Below, piece after piece: positions 38,879 through 49,228 of a stretch of DNA of 64,000 nt. Both the position numbers and the translations under genes were made by a program. Under the pieces are notes generated by a model. It was not told where the DNA came from. It did not search any database and saw only the letters and a list, made by a program, of their open reading frames with translations. The stretch's first letter is position 1, and each line of letters begins with the position of its first letter. Source of the DNA: an uncultured Chloroflexota bacterium (GTDB lineage Bacteria; Chloroflexota; Dehalococcoidia; GIF9; AB-539-J10); assembly GCA_903884455.1 (NCBI GenBank), contig CAISEW010000003.1, positions 41,313 through 105,312 of the forward strand. The letters are read 5' to 3'.

Positions 38879-41011
38879 TTACTTGCGAGCTGCCGGTATA
38901 TACATTTGCTCGACATATTCCTTCAACATCCGCCGTGTACAAAAGCGAGGTACAATCGAGTCAATTGCCTCTTTGACCATATGTACCCAGCCATGGGGTA
39001 CCCCATTCCTGTCTCGTTGGTAGTAGAGAGGTATAATTTCCTCTTCCAGAAGGTGGTAGAGCGCCGCGGCATCTGACTTATCTTCCTCCCTGGGGTCATA
39101 TGCTTCGACGTCATCCCCGATGGCCCAGCCATTAATGCCATTATAGCCTTCGTACCACCAGCCATCTCGAACGCTGAGATGCAAGACACCATTGACTGCT
39201 GCTTTCATGCCGCTAGTGCCGGAAGCTTCCTGAAGGCGGCGCGGTGTATTCAACCACACATCTACCCCCTGGACCAGATAGTGCGCCATATGTATATCGT
39301 AATCTTCAACAAAAGCTATTCGTCCTTGGAATTCGCGGTCCGTAGCCAGAGTATATACATCGTGAAGGAGTTGTTTTGAAGGCAAGTCAGCGGGGTGAGA
39401 CTTGCCAGCGAAGATTATCTGGACTGGGTGCCATCTATCAGTGACAATCCGCTTGAGACGTTCTACGTCATGGAAGATTAGCTCCGGCCGCTTATATGCG
39501 GTAAAACGGCGGACAAAGCCGATGGTCAGAGTATCCTGGTCAAGCAAAGAGCCCATGGCCAGCACCTGTCGGGCCTTGCATTCACGTTCAGTGGAACATT
39601 GCCGTGCTCGCTCTACCATGGCGCCGATAAGTTTACGTTTAAGAATTTGATGCACTGCCCAGAGCTCTTCGTCAGGGATATTTAGCACAAGCTCCCGAAG
39701 GTTGATATCATCGTATCTTTTTGACACATCCTGCCCTAAGTGTTTCTCGTAGAGGCGGCTCATCTCTCGAGCAACCCAGGTAGGCACGTGAATCCCATTA
39801 GTAATATGGGAGATAGGCACTTCATCTTCTTTAACTTTGGGCCAGAGTCCATGCCACATCCTTCGGGTAATTTTTTCGTGAATCTGGCTGACGGCATTGC
39901 GATGGTCGGCCATTTTTAAGGCAAGCACGGTCATATTGAAGGTTTGGTCACTTGTGCCATCCTGTCGTCCCAGCTCCAGGAATGTTTCTCGGTTAACTCC
40001 CAGGGACTCCCAATAATTATGAAGGTATTTCTCCACAAGCGAGGCAGGAAAGACGTCATGCCCTGCGGCGACTTGAGTATGAGTGGTGAAAACGGTAGCC
40101 GCCTGTACCTTTTGGAGGGCTTCGGCGAAGGTGGCACCTTTTTCTACCTCTTCTCTGACACGCTCCAACATCATAAAGGCACAATGTCCTTCGTTAGCAT
40201 GCCATACAGAGGGTCTGATGCCCAGGGCTCGTAAGGCACGCACCCCACCAATTCCCAGCACAATTTCTTGCTGGATGCGCTGCTCTTGGTCAGCAGTGTA
40301 GAGACGAGCACATAGCTGTTGGTCCTGAGGCATATTTCCTTCAACATCACAACATAGTAGATAAAGGCTGCCCCGACCCAACCGCACCTGCCACACTCCG
40401 ATATAGAATGGTCTATCACCCAGCTTAAGCTGAATCAACGGGCCGCACCACTTAGAACGAGGGACTGGATTGATTGGGTTGATAGGCGCATCATCAAAAT
40501 CCAATTGCCTATAAACTTCCTCTTGCCAGCCCTCAGCGGAAATACGCTGGTGGAAATACCCTTGGGGGTACGTGAAGCCAATCCCAACTAAAGGTAGCCC
40601 TAGATCGCTTGCTTCCTTGCACATATCGCCAGCTAAAACTCCTAGCCCCCCAGCATATATGGGAAGAGAGTTATGTATGGCAAATTCCATTGAGAAGTAG
40701 GCAACAGGACCGTCTAAGACATTGGGATATTTGGTAGCAAACCAGCTATCCTTGTCTGACATGTCAGCATCGAAAGCTGACATCACAGAGTCATATAGAT
40801 TAAGAAAAGTAGGATCAGTAGCAGCCGCTGCTAACTTATCGGTGTTGATCTCATGCAGTTGCTTGACCGGGTTGTGCCCACTCAACCGCCATAGTGGATA
40901 GTCCAGAGCCCGGAACAAGTCACGCGCCTGAAGGTGCCAGCTCCACCACAGATTATTAGCTAGCTCCTCCAGTCGGCCTATTCGTTCAGGTATCCTCAAT
41001 TCTGATAACAT
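38879..41011 (-). CDS. glgP: Alpha-glucan phosphorylase (GT35, maltodextrin/glycogen phosphorylase type with DUF3417-like N-terminus)
   Basis: AYFSMEFAIH...GGLGVLAGD; PLP Lys region. The track ORF extends to 41155, but the GGGAG SD plus ATG at 41011 fits better. Confidence 0.85.
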   Translation of the reverse strand: MLSELRIPERIGRLEELANNLWWSWHLQARDLFRALDYPLWRLSGHNPVKQLHEINTDKLAAAATDPTFLNLYDSVMSAFDADMSDKDSWFATKYPNVLDGPVAYFSMEFAIHNSLPIYAGGLGVLAGDMCKEASDLGLPLVGIGFTYPQGYFHQRISAEGWQEEVYRQLDFDDAPINPINPVPRSKWCGPLIQLKLGDRPFYIGVWQVRLGRGSLYLLCCDVEGNMPQDQQLCARLYTADQEQRIQQEIVLGIGGVRALRALGIRPSVWHANEGHCAFMMLERVREEVEKGATFAEALQKVQAATVFTTHTQVAAGHDVFPASLVEKYLHNYWESLGVNRETFLELGRQDGTSDQTFNMTVLALKMADHRNAVSQIHEKITRRMWHGLWPKVKEDEVPISHITNGIHVPTWVAREMSRLYEKHLGQDVSKRYDDINLRELVLNIPDEELWAVHQILKRKLIGAMVERARQCSTERECKARQVLAMGSLLDQDTLTIGFVRRFTAYKRPELIFHDVERLKRIVTDRWHPVQIIFAGKSHPADLPSKQLLHDVYTLATDREFQGRIAFVEDYDIHMAHYLVQGVDVWLNTPRRLQEASGTSGMKAAVNGVLHLSVRDGWWYEGYNGINGWAIGDDVEAYDPREEDKSDAAALYHLLEEEIIPLYYQRDRNGVPHGWVHMVKEAIDSIVPRFCTRRMLKEYVEQMYIPAARK

Positions 41012-41228
41012 GTTCTCCCAAAATATGTTGCTCAGACGCCCGCTCAGGGCTCTTTCTTCATCTACTGTAAAAGAGTGCCGGCAATTTTTTCTAGTTGGTC
41101 GGTTATTATAGCAGAACACTGCTTGTGTTATCATGCGGGCGAGAAAACGCTTCATCGCAGTCAGTTCACGGGCACGTCATTGCATATACCCGACTGTCTG
41201 CAATTCGTCCTGATTCTGTTCGGCATTT

Positions 41229-41241
41229 GTTGTGATATAAT
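41229..41241 (+). promoter_or_regulatory. Extended -10 promoter (TGTGATATAATG) for the small gene at 41276
   Basis: TGnTATAAT read directly. AGGAGGTG SD at 41261-41268. Confidence 0.45.
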
Positions 41242-41275
41242 GTATTAGTAGTATCAAGTTAGGAGGTGTGTGAGC

Positions 41276-41587
41276 ATGGTTAAGATTGCCAAAATTAGCA
41301 AGGAAGAAGCAAAGAGACGCTTAGGGGATGTGCCGGATGATAAACGCTTCTGGTGTCATGATGGTAAAACTATTAAGAACCTCAAGGAGCTTAGAAAAGC
41401 TTTGAATGACATGAGTGATGAGACTTTTCATTATCATTTAGGTGGGGGGAGAAACGATTTCAGCAAGTGGATCAGAGAGGTGGTGGGGGATGATAAGCTG
41501 GCAGAGGACCTTAGTAAAACCAAGTCTCGTATGCAAGCCAGCCAGGCAGTAGCACAGAGAATTTCTTTTCTTGAGCATAAAATATAA
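41276..41587 (+). CDS. Conserved-looking small hypothetical protein (104 aa) embedded in the glycogen locus
   Basis: ATG at 41276 with a strong SD. The track ORF starts at 41270 (GTG). Confidence 0.55.
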   Translation: MVKIAKISKEEAKRRLGDVPDDKRFWCHDGKTIKNLKELRKALNDMSDETFHYHLGGGRNDFSKWIREVVGDDKLAEDLSKTKSRMQASQAVAQRISFLEHKI

Positions 41588-41630
41588 GAGAGTTTTGAGA
41601 CTTCATTAAAGGCGCGTCTTATCGGGGACT

Positions 41631-41690
41631 TAAAGCAACTAATAGGGTCTCGCGCTTTCTTCTTTTAATGTCAGACATCGTCGCCTAAGG
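41631..41690. terminator. Possible bidirectional terminator between convergent genes
   Basis: AGGCGCG...CGCGCTT stem with a long loop, then TTTCTTCTTTT. Confidence 0.3.
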
Positions 41691-41713
41691 CAGGAAAAGT
41701 TGCTCTGCGACTG

Positions 41714-43009
41714 CTATTGTGCAAATAGCTTATCTTCCAGTCTGCTTCTAATATCCCTGGCAGCAACAGCACGCCGATAATATTCTCGTTTTGTCTCCTC
41801 ACTGGCCCCGCTCTTATTTATAGCCCGGTAAGCGTTAACCACAGTTCGCCATTGGTCGAGCAAGCCCATGTGGATGAGATTGATGTCCCACATAGGGCAA
41901 TTACTGGCCCACCACATCTGGCAACTATGCTCAGCTCGATCCAGAAGTCCCCGGGCAATGGTAGCAGAGCGCCGACTTTCCTCATTATCCGCACACTCCA
42001 GCGCCTTATTCACCAACTCAATGCATATACCCAAGTGTTCCCACTGAAGATGGTGCACTTCATTGTTCTTATCCTGCCAAAGAGGGTAATAGTTACCAAC
42101 TTTCATATCATCGGCAGTGGTGCTCCAGGAGGATGGCTTGGGGTCTATCATTTGACTCTGAGGAAAGAGGTCGAGGAGTTCGCTCAAGGTAACCATCTGG
42201 ATTTTGGTGGCAGCTTCGCCATTGGTCAACAAAGAGATATGTTGCCCAGCTAATACCGTAGCCTGTTGAATATCTGGAGTATGTTCTGACCAAGGCTCTA
42301 GTTCTTCGTAAACCTTGGCCAGGAATATCCTTTCCCAACCCTGGATGTGATGGCCATAAGTTTCGGCATCCATAGCCGTGACTACATAAATATTCTCTCT
42401 TTTACCCTGCCACTGCTCCAGGTGGGCAATAAATTCTTTTGCTTCTACATTTCGAAAACTTATCCTATTGCTGAGCACATCGTCTCGGAAGAAAACCGCT
42501 ATTTCCTGTCCATCACACCCCGCTCTGTAAATAATATCTAGAGGCCATTCCGCAGGGCAGGCAATACCGCTCAGGATAATCCAGCGATACCCTGACTTGA
42601 TAATAGGCTGCAAAATGCCCTGGCTGTAGCACATCTCTGGGGGAAAAAATCCTTGGGGGGCATATGCCTTTCCAAAGAAGCGACGATTTGTCTGCATGTT
42701 CAGGTCTATCTGCCTCTTTACTTCCTCCGTGGGTATCAAGGGGAGAATAGGGTGATACTTGCCGGTTCCGGTGAATTCAAGTTGACCATTCTCAGCAAGG
42801 CTTCTCAAGCCATCGACTACATCTTTATGGCCGCAGTCCATCAGCATATCAGTCAGGACACCATTGAAGTTTATGGTTACTCGAGCGTTGGGATACTCTT
42901 CAAAAACGTGGAGCAGAGGGCGGTAAGATTCGTCGCATATCCTTTTTAGCATCGACGGTACCTGGGTTGGCGGCTGGTAGAAATGCAGTAGCTGAGCCCA
43001 GTAGATCAT
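41714..43009 (-). CDS. GH57-family glycoside hydrolase (alpha-glucan branching / 4-alpha-glucanotransferase-like)
   Basis: N-terminus LLHFYQP resembles the GH57 H-x-H-x-P motif; the context is glycogen metabolism; 431 aa. Confidence 0.65.
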   Translation of the reverse strand: MIYWAQLLHFYQPPTQVPSMLKRICDESYRPLLHVFEEYPNARVTINFNGVLTDMLMDCGHKDVVDGLRSLAENGQLEFTGTGKYHPILPLIPTEEVKRQIDLNMQTNRRFFGKAYAPQGFFPPEMCYSQGILQPIIKSGYRWIILSGIACPAEWPLDIIYRAGCDGQEIAVFFRDDVLSNRISFRNVEAKEFIAHLEQWQGKRENIYVVTAMDAETYGHHIQGWERIFLAKVYEELEPWSEHTPDIQQATVLAGQHISLLTNGEAATKIQMVTLSELLDLFPQSQMIDPKPSSWSTTADDMKVGNYYPLWQDKNNEVHHLQWEHLGICIELVNKALECADNEESRRSATIARGLLDRAEHSCQMWWASNCPMWDINLIHMGLLDQWRTVVNAYRAINKSGASEETKREYYRRAVAARDIRSRLEDKLFAQ

Positions 43010-43138
43010 ATGTACCTCCGAGTGAAAATCTTATCCAGGTAATTCAAAGAAAGTAGCGAATCTCGCTTATTCTAACATACACTTGGGTTGCAAAGTAACT
43101 TTTTGTCCTCGTTCAGTACCGTAGTGACACTTTTTTTT

Positions 43139-43173
43139 GTCATTGCGAGGAGCGATAGCGACGAAGCAATCTC
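43139..43173. repeat. Intergenic copy of dispersed repeat GTCATTGCGAG-GAGCGATAGCGA-CGAAGCAATCTC, preceded by a T8 run
   Basis: Read in the sequence between the GH57 gene start and the mutL end. Confidence 0.65.
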
Positions 43174-43328
43174 TAGGCGAGGTTTCTCAATCCAACTATA
43201 GCAGACTCCAGCTTCACAATGAGATTGCCACGCCTTCGGCTCTCAATGACACGGAAGGTTATTATTATTCTGAAGAAGGTTAAACCGAGGCAAAGCTCAA
43301 ATTTACCACTCCAGCCGGGGCCAAGGGG

Positions 43329-45008
43329 CTAGCTTATCCTGCCAAACTCCTTCTCTAGTTGATGAGAATTTAAATGAATCATAGTTGGCCGGCCGTGGGG
43401 ACAGGTGCGCGGTTGCTTGGTTTGCTCTAGCTGCTTTATTAGCTCCCGCATTTCTTCGTTGCTTAGCTGCTGTCCTGCTCTGATAGCACCATGGCAGGCT
43501 AAAGATTGGGCTATCTTTTCCTCCCAGGGATTAGGACTTTCCTTGCTAGCAAGGCTATCAAGCAGCGCACTTATTATCTCAATAATATTCGCCCTGGCCA
43601 CTAGTGCCGGTATGGCACGTATCAGATAGCTTCTATTTCCGAAAGGCTCAATGGCGAAGCCAAATTCGGCCAGAAACTCTTTACCAGCTTTCAGGGTCTC
43701 TTCCTCTCTGGGGCTAAACTCTATGGTTATGGGCTGGAGTAAGCCCTGGACTTCAACTTCCTTGTGTGACCACTGTGCTAAAATTCGGTCATAAAGTATG
43801 CGCTCATGAGCAGCATGCTGGTCGATGAGATAGAGTCCATCGGGTCCCTCGGCGATAATATAGGTGTTGGCTAGCTGCCCCAGTACCCTCAAAACTGGTA
43901 ATTCCAGGGTCGGCAGCTGGGCAACAACAAAGGCTGGCTCGTTATCCATTATCATGCGGGGGCTCTGCCACTGCCCTGAACTGACCGAGAAGGGCACAGC
44001 TTTCGAGCTGGCTATAGGCGTCCTGGCTAATCCCTCCTCTATGGCTTTCTGTACGCTGCTAAAGACAGTTTGTTCATGGCAAAACTTTATCTGGGCTTTG
44101 GCGGGATGGATATTGACATCAAGCTCTTGAGCCGGCAGGGAGACATTGATTACCGTAATGGGATGCTGTCCATCCATGAGTAAGCCACGATAGGCTTCCT
44201 CAGTTGCCCGAGTTAGTAAGGGACTGTGCACCCACCTTCGATTAATGAAGAAGCTGAGATAGTTGCGATTAGAACGGGCCAAGGAAGGTGGACTTGTTAG
44301 GCCACTGACTTTAGCCAGGCCATCCCTTTGTTCCACCTTTAGCATCCTTTGAGCTAGCTCGGAACCATATATCTCGCTTACCACCTCGCGCAGGTCGCCA
44401 TTGCCCGTAGTGCGCAGGCTCTGGCGTTTGTCAAGAACCAGGCTGAACTTAACCTCGGGGAAAGCCAGGGCGTACTGACTTACCAAATGGGCGATGTGGC
44501 TATTTTCGGTATTTGCCGATTTGAGAAACTTAAGTCGCGCCGGGAAATAGCGAAATAATCGGCGCACGGTTACGGTAGTGCCTTGTGACCTGGCTCGGCT
44601 CTCCTTGCGGACTACCTCCCCCTTTTTCAAATACATATAGCTGCCAATTGGATCTGATGATGTTTGGGTGGAAATTTCTACTTCGGCGACAGCGGCGATG
44701 CTGGGCAGGGCTTCGCCTCGAAAGCCAAGGCTGGAGATTTTCTCCAAATCGTCTAAGTTGCCGATCTTGCTCGTGGCATATCTGTGAAAGGCAAGCTCTA
44801 GCTCCGAGGCCGGGATACCTGTCCCATTATCGCTCACTTTGATTAGCTCTACTCCGCCGCCTTGGGCTTCTACGGCAATCTGAGTGGCTCCCGCATCGAG
44901 GGAATTCTCTATCAGCTCCTTGACCACCGAGGCCGGCCTCTCAATCACCTCCCCAGCAGCAATCTTGGAGACCACCTCAGTCGCTAAAATCTTAATAGGC
45001 ATCTGCAT
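43329..45008 (-). CDS. mutL: DNA mismatch repair protein MutL
   Basis: GHKL ATPase N-terminus (ELIENSLDAGA, GTGI). No endonuclease-motif check possible by eye; 559 aa. Confidence 0.9.
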   Translation of the reverse strand: MQMPIKILATEVVSKIAAGEVIERPASVVKELIENSLDAGATQIAVEAQGGGVELIKVSDNGTGIPASELELAFHRYATSKIGNLDDLEKISSLGFRGEALPSIAAVAEVEISTQTSSDPIGSYMYLKKGEVVRKESRARSQGTTVTVRRLFRYFPARLKFLKSANTENSHIAHLVSQYALAFPEVKFSLVLDKRQSLRTTGNGDLREVVSEIYGSELAQRMLKVEQRDGLAKVSGLTSPPSLARSNRNYLSFFINRRWVHSPLLTRATEEAYRGLLMDGQHPITVINVSLPAQELDVNIHPAKAQIKFCHEQTVFSSVQKAIEEGLARTPIASSKAVPFSVSSGQWQSPRMIMDNEPAFVVAQLPTLELPVLRVLGQLANTYIIAEGPDGLYLIDQHAAHERILYDRILAQWSHKEVEVQGLLQPITIEFSPREEETLKAGKEFLAEFGFAIEPFGNRSYLIRAIPALVARANIIEIISALLDSLASKESPNPWEEKIAQSLACHGAIRAGQQLSNEEMRELIKQLEQTKQPRTCPHGRPTMIHLNSHQLEKEFGRIS

Positions 45009-45044
45009 TCTATTTTACACGGTTTCGTGTATTTTGTCAATAGT

Positions 45045-47249
45045 TTATGCGGAAAAATCAAAGTCTTTCTCGATTTTTTCCAGGGGTGCCAGGCCGGCCA
45101 GGAGTTTCTTAACCCCCGCTTCTTCAAAGACTACGGTCAGCTCCTGGTCATCCCTTGTAGGATTGCAATTCATCACTATGCCGGGGCCAAACTTGCTATG
45201 GCGGACATGGTCACCGACCTTTAGCGTTAGAGTGCTAGAAGGCCGAGGTGAAGGCTGGGAGTCCCGATTAAAATCGGGACTGGCGACAGGAGTCGGGCTC
45301 TCTTCCCATAGTCCTCTCGGGCTTATTAAGTGGGGTGAGATGTCCTGGAGGAAGCGGGAGGGGGGATTTGCCGTGCTGCCGCCGAATAAGCTCCGACGGT
45401 AACTGCGCAAAAGGTAGAGCCGCTTCTTAGCTCTGGTTATTCCCACATAGCAAAGACGACGCTCTTCTTCCATTTGCTCCGGGTCGTCGAACGATTTCCT
45501 GTGTGGGAGAATTCCTTCCTCCAGACCAACAATAAAAACCGCGGGGAACTCCAATCCTTTAGCTTGATGCAAGGTGATCAGAGTCACAGCATCGGCTTTT
45601 TCATCCAGTTCATCTATATCCGATACCAGGCTTACTTTTTCCAAAAATGTAGTTAAAGCTTCTTCAGTGTCGAGCTTATCATATTCGCTGGCAACATTGC
45701 GCAGCTCCGTTATGTTCTCCCACCTCTCCTCCCCATCTTCCTTGTCCAGAATATATTCTCTATATCCGGTGTGCCCCAGTATCTTATCTAGTAGACGAGG
45801 AAGACTTAGCTCATGGCTTTGGGCAATGAGCTCAGCCATAAGAGCATCAAATCCCGCCAGAGCCTGGACAATGCGTGAGGGAAGAGACTGCTTCGCTTCG
45901 CCGGCAATGGTATTGTGACTCACCTGTTTTAGAGCCTCGAAAAGGGAGGTATTATGAGCTTTTGCCCAGGATTGAAGCGTGTTAATGGTCTTTTGCCCAA
46001 TGCCTCTGCCAGGCACATTTACGATTCGAGTCAAACTGACATTGTCCTGCGGATTATGGATAACTCTGAGGTAAGCAATAATATCTTTAACTTCTTGCCT
46101 TTGATAAAAGCGGGTGCCGCCAACGAGCTTATAAGGCACACCATACCTCAAAAAAGTTTCCTCTAAGGCTCGCGATTGAGCATTAACCCGATACATGACA
46201 GCGCAATCTTTAAGGGATATTTGCTCCTGGCCGATGAGCTTCTCTATCTCGCTGACCACGGATTGGGCTTCTTCCTCGGCATTATAACTTTCGATAACGG
46301 TTACCGAAGCTCCGTCTTCGTTTTCCGTCCAGAGCTTTTTAGGCTTGCGCAACACATTGGCTGAGATAACGTCTGAAGCTACCTCTAAGATTGTCTTAGT
46401 GGAGCGATAGTTCTGCTCCAGAAACACCACTTTGGCTTCGGGGTAATCCTTCTCAAAGCTCAGGATATTACGTAAATCAGCAAATCTCCAGGAATAAATA
46501 GATTGGTCAGGGTCGCCAACCACGCACAGATTCCGGTATTTTCCTGCTAGGTGCTTCATAAGCTCATACTGGGCGATGTTGGTATCCTGGAATTCGTCAA
46601 CCAAAATATGAACATACCTTGACTGGTATCTGGTGAGGATTTGAGGATGGTCACGGAACAACTGCACCGTCTTCATCAGTAAGTCATCGAAATCTACCGC
46701 TTGAGCCTGGCCAAGTAATTGCTGATAGCGTTGATAAACTCTGTGGACTATCTCCTCAAAATAACTGCTAACCCACTCAGCGTAGTCTTCAGAGCTAATG
46801 AGACGGCTCTTAGCTGCGCTGATGGCCGACCGTAGTGCCTGAGGAGCATACTGCTTGACATCGAGGTTCAGTTCTTCCAGGGTTTGTTTCATCAACTTTA
46901 ACTGGTCGTCCTCATCGTAGATAACAAAACTCGACTCAAGCCCGATAGTTTTGCCCTCACGACGGAGAATTCGAGCACAAATGGCGTGAAAGGTGCCTAA
47001 ACTCAAGGCCTCTGCCACCTGCCCCAGAAGCTGTTCCAATCTCTCTTTCATTTCTCGGGCGGCCTTGTTGGTAAAGGTAACTGCCATAATGTTGCGGGGG
47101 CTAACGCCGCAGGTTTTAATCAAATAGGCAACTCGATGGGTAATCACTCTGGTCTTGCCGCTGCCGGGTCCCGCCAGGATAAGTACAGGCCCCTTGATGG
47201 CCTCCACAGCTTCTCTCTGGGCAGGATTAAGCGTGGCTAAGATATCCAT
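45045..47249 (-). CDS. pcrA: ATP-dependent DNA helicase PcrA/UvrD
   Basis: SF1 motifs: Walker A AGPGSGKT, DEFQDT, and the rest of the UvrD-family order; 734 aa. Confidence 0.9.
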   Translation of the reverse strand: MDILATLNPAQREAVEAIKGPVLILAGPGSGKTRVITHRVAYLIKTCGVSPRNIMAVTFTNKAAREMKERLEQLLGQVAEALSLGTFHAICARILRREGKTIGLESSFVIYDEDDQLKLMKQTLEELNLDVKQYAPQALRSAISAAKSRLISSEDYAEWVSSYFEEIVHRVYQRYQQLLGQAQAVDFDDLLMKTVQLFRDHPQILTRYQSRYVHILVDEFQDTNIAQYELMKHLAGKYRNLCVVGDPDQSIYSWRFADLRNILSFEKDYPEAKVVFLEQNYRSTKTILEVASDVISANVLRKPKKLWTENEDGASVTVIESYNAEEEAQSVVSEIEKLIGQEQISLKDCAVMYRVNAQSRALEETFLRYGVPYKLVGGTRFYQRQEVKDIIAYLRVIHNPQDNVSLTRIVNVPGRGIGQKTINTLQSWAKAHNTSLFEALKQVSHNTIAGEAKQSLPSRIVQALAGFDALMAELIAQSHELSLPRLLDKILGHTGYREYILDKEDGEERWENITELRNVASEYDKLDTEEALTTFLEKVSLVSDIDELDEKADAVTLITLHQAKGLEFPAVFIVGLEEGILPHRKSFDDPEQMEEERRLCYVGITRAKKRLYLLRSYRRSLFGGSTANPPSRFLQDISPHLISPRGLWEESPTPVASPDFNRDSQPSPRPSSTLTLKVGDHVRHSKFGPGIVMNCNPTRDDQELTVVFEEAGVKKLLAGLAPLEKIEKDFDFSA

Positions 47250-47436
47250 GGAGACTCAGAAACTATTATAGCATTGAAGGGAGCAAGCCCCAAAGAGCGA
47301 TGGAGACTGGGCCTCGGGAGGATAACACAGGCTTTAATTTGGTGGAAATATGCCAAGCAAAAGTGATGAGAAGCTTCCCTGACCAAAGGCAAACGTTAGC
47401 TCTTTGTTATGTGCGTAAAGCTTCGATAACCGATGA

Positions 47437-47466
47437 TTGTCATGACGCAGTTCGAAGGGATATAAT
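47437..47466 (+). promoter_or_regulatory. Promoter TTGTCA-18-TATAAT for the amidase gene
   Basis: Hexamers read directly; a 9-bp hairpin (47478-47498) follows in the 5' UTR. Confidence 0.45.
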
Positions 47467-47549
47467 GTTACTATAGATTCTTGTAGTTGCTCCGATTTCA
47501 TCGGAGCACAATCGCTGAACTGCCTCTGTGACAGTAGGCAAGGAGGGTT

Positions 47550-49058
47550 ATGATGAGTGGCTTTAGTGACTATGACAAATATGATGGCCTCGGTCTGGCT
47601 GAGCTCGTGCGGAAGAAAGAAGTCAAGCCGCGCGAGCTGGTTGAAGAGGCAATAAGTCGCATCGAAAGACTCAATCCACAGCTTAACGCAGTAATCTACA
47701 AGATGTATGAACTGGCTCGAAAAGCTGCCGATGGAGACCTACCAGATGGTCCTTTCAAAGGTGTTCCCTTCCTGATGAAAGACATCATGATGGCTTATGC
47801 CGGGGTTCCCCTAACGAGCGGCAGTCGGTTTTTTAAAGACTACATACCAGACCATGATAGTGAGCTGGTCAAGCGGTTTAAGGCAGCTGGCATCATCGTT
47901 GTTGGCAAGACTAACACGCCAGAGTTCGGGCTGGTGCCTGTGACTGAACCTGAGCTGTTTGGCCCTACCAACAACCCCTGGGACCTGAGCCGTACTCCAG
48001 GTGGTTCCAGTGGTGGCTCGGCTGCCGCTGTAGCCGCGCGGATAGTTCCCCTAGCTCACGGGGTTGATGGTGGTGGTTCGATTCGAATGCCAGCCTCTTG
48101 TTGCGGTGTGTTCGGTCTTAAGCCAACCCGGGGTCGCAACCCAATAGGCCCTGATTTTGGTGAGGCTTGGCGCGGTTTAACTTGTGACCACGTTTTAACC
48201 CGCTCGGTTCGCGATAGTGCTGCCATGCTGGATGCCACTGCCGGACCAGATGTCGGAGCGCTTTACTATGCCGTGCCACCGGCGCGTCCATTCCTGAGTG
48301 AAGTTGGCACAGACCCGGGAAAGCTGCGTATTGCCTTCACCTCAGAGCCTTTTCTTGGTGGCGTTGTTGACAAAGACTGTGTGAAAGGGCTAGAGGCCAC
48401 GGCTAGACTATGCCAGGACCTCGGCCATGAGGTGGTAAAAGCAGCACCTCAAATCGACGGCAGAGCCTTTGCTAAGGCCTTTATGACGATAGTTTGTGTC
48501 GAAACTAGAGCCACAATCGAGGAGGCCGAGGTGCTATTGAACCGTAAAGCTTCGTTTAAGGATTTTGAACCTAGCACATGGGCACTCGGCTTGCTTGGCA
48601 GGCAGTGCCGGGCACCCGAGCTCTCCAAGTCTCTCAACTTGGTCCAACTTACAGCAAGGCAAATTGGTGAGTTTGTCGAAAAATACGATGTCATACTGAC
48701 GCCAACGCTGGCCATGCCACCCGTGGTTACAGGTGCGCTCCAGCCGAAAGGGATACAAGCTATGGCCATGAAGTTCCTGGGTCGTCTCAATGCCGGTGGG
48801 TTGATTAACACGCTGAGCGGAATAGATCTTCTTGCCCAACACGTCTTCGGGTTCATGCCTTACACGCCATTGTTTAATGTTACAGGTCAGCCAGCCATGT
48901 CAGTCCCACTCTACTGGAACGATGAGGGACTGCCTATTGGCATGCAATTTGTCGGACGATATGGTGATGAAGCCACGTTATTCCGTTTGGCCAGTCAACT
49001 GGAAAAGGCAAAGCCATGGTCTGAGCGCATTCCTCCAATCTGTGCCAAGACCAACTAG
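47550..49058 (+). CDS. Amidase-signature family amidase
   Basis: [13 protein letters not shown] with the Ser-cisSer-Lys triad context; 502 aa; no gatB/gatC neighbours. Confidence 0.85.
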   Translation: MMSGFSDYDKYDGLGLAELVRKKEVKPRELVEEAISRIERLNPQLNAVIYKMYELARKAADGDLPDGPFKGVPFLMKDIMMAYAGVPLTSGSRFFKDYIPDHDSELVKRFKAAGIIVVGKTNTPEFGLVPVTEPELFGPTNNPWDLSRTPGGSSGGSAAAVAARIVPLAHGVDGGGSIRMPASCCGVFGLKPTRGRNPIGPDFGEAWRGLTCDHVLTRSVRDSAAMLDATAGPDVGALYYAVPPARPFLSEVGTDPGKLRIAFTSEPFLGGVVDKDCVKGLEATARLCQDLGHEVVKAAPQIDGRAFAKAFMTIVCVETRATIEEAEVLLNRKASFKDFEPSTWALGLLGRQCRAPELSKSLNLVQLTARQIGEFVEKYDVILTPTLAMPPVVTGALQPKGIQAMAMKFLGRLNAGGLINTLSGIDLLAQHVFGFMPYTPLFNVTGQPAMSVPLYWNDEGLPIGMQFVGRYGDEATLFRLASQLEKAKPWSERIPPICAKTN

Positions 49059-49228
49059 TGGGCACACAAGTCTTTCAGTCTCCAAAATGCTTTCCCGCGT
49101 AACATTGGAAACCCCAACGTCAAGTACGTCGGGTAGTTGGAGACAATTGTTTGCCTGAAGGCATGAGCATTTGTAGGAGAGGGACAGGTTGAGATGGCTA
49201 AGCTTTGTTGCTATACTTGATTCCGAAA

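Noticed and set aside
49079-49144. 8-bp long-range inverted repeat GTCTCCAA...TTGGAGAC downstream of the amidase gene as a tRNA-like or structured RNA
   Set aside because: No T-loop or anticodon-arm features, and the 50-nt loop has little internal structure. Probably a weak terminator-like element at most.
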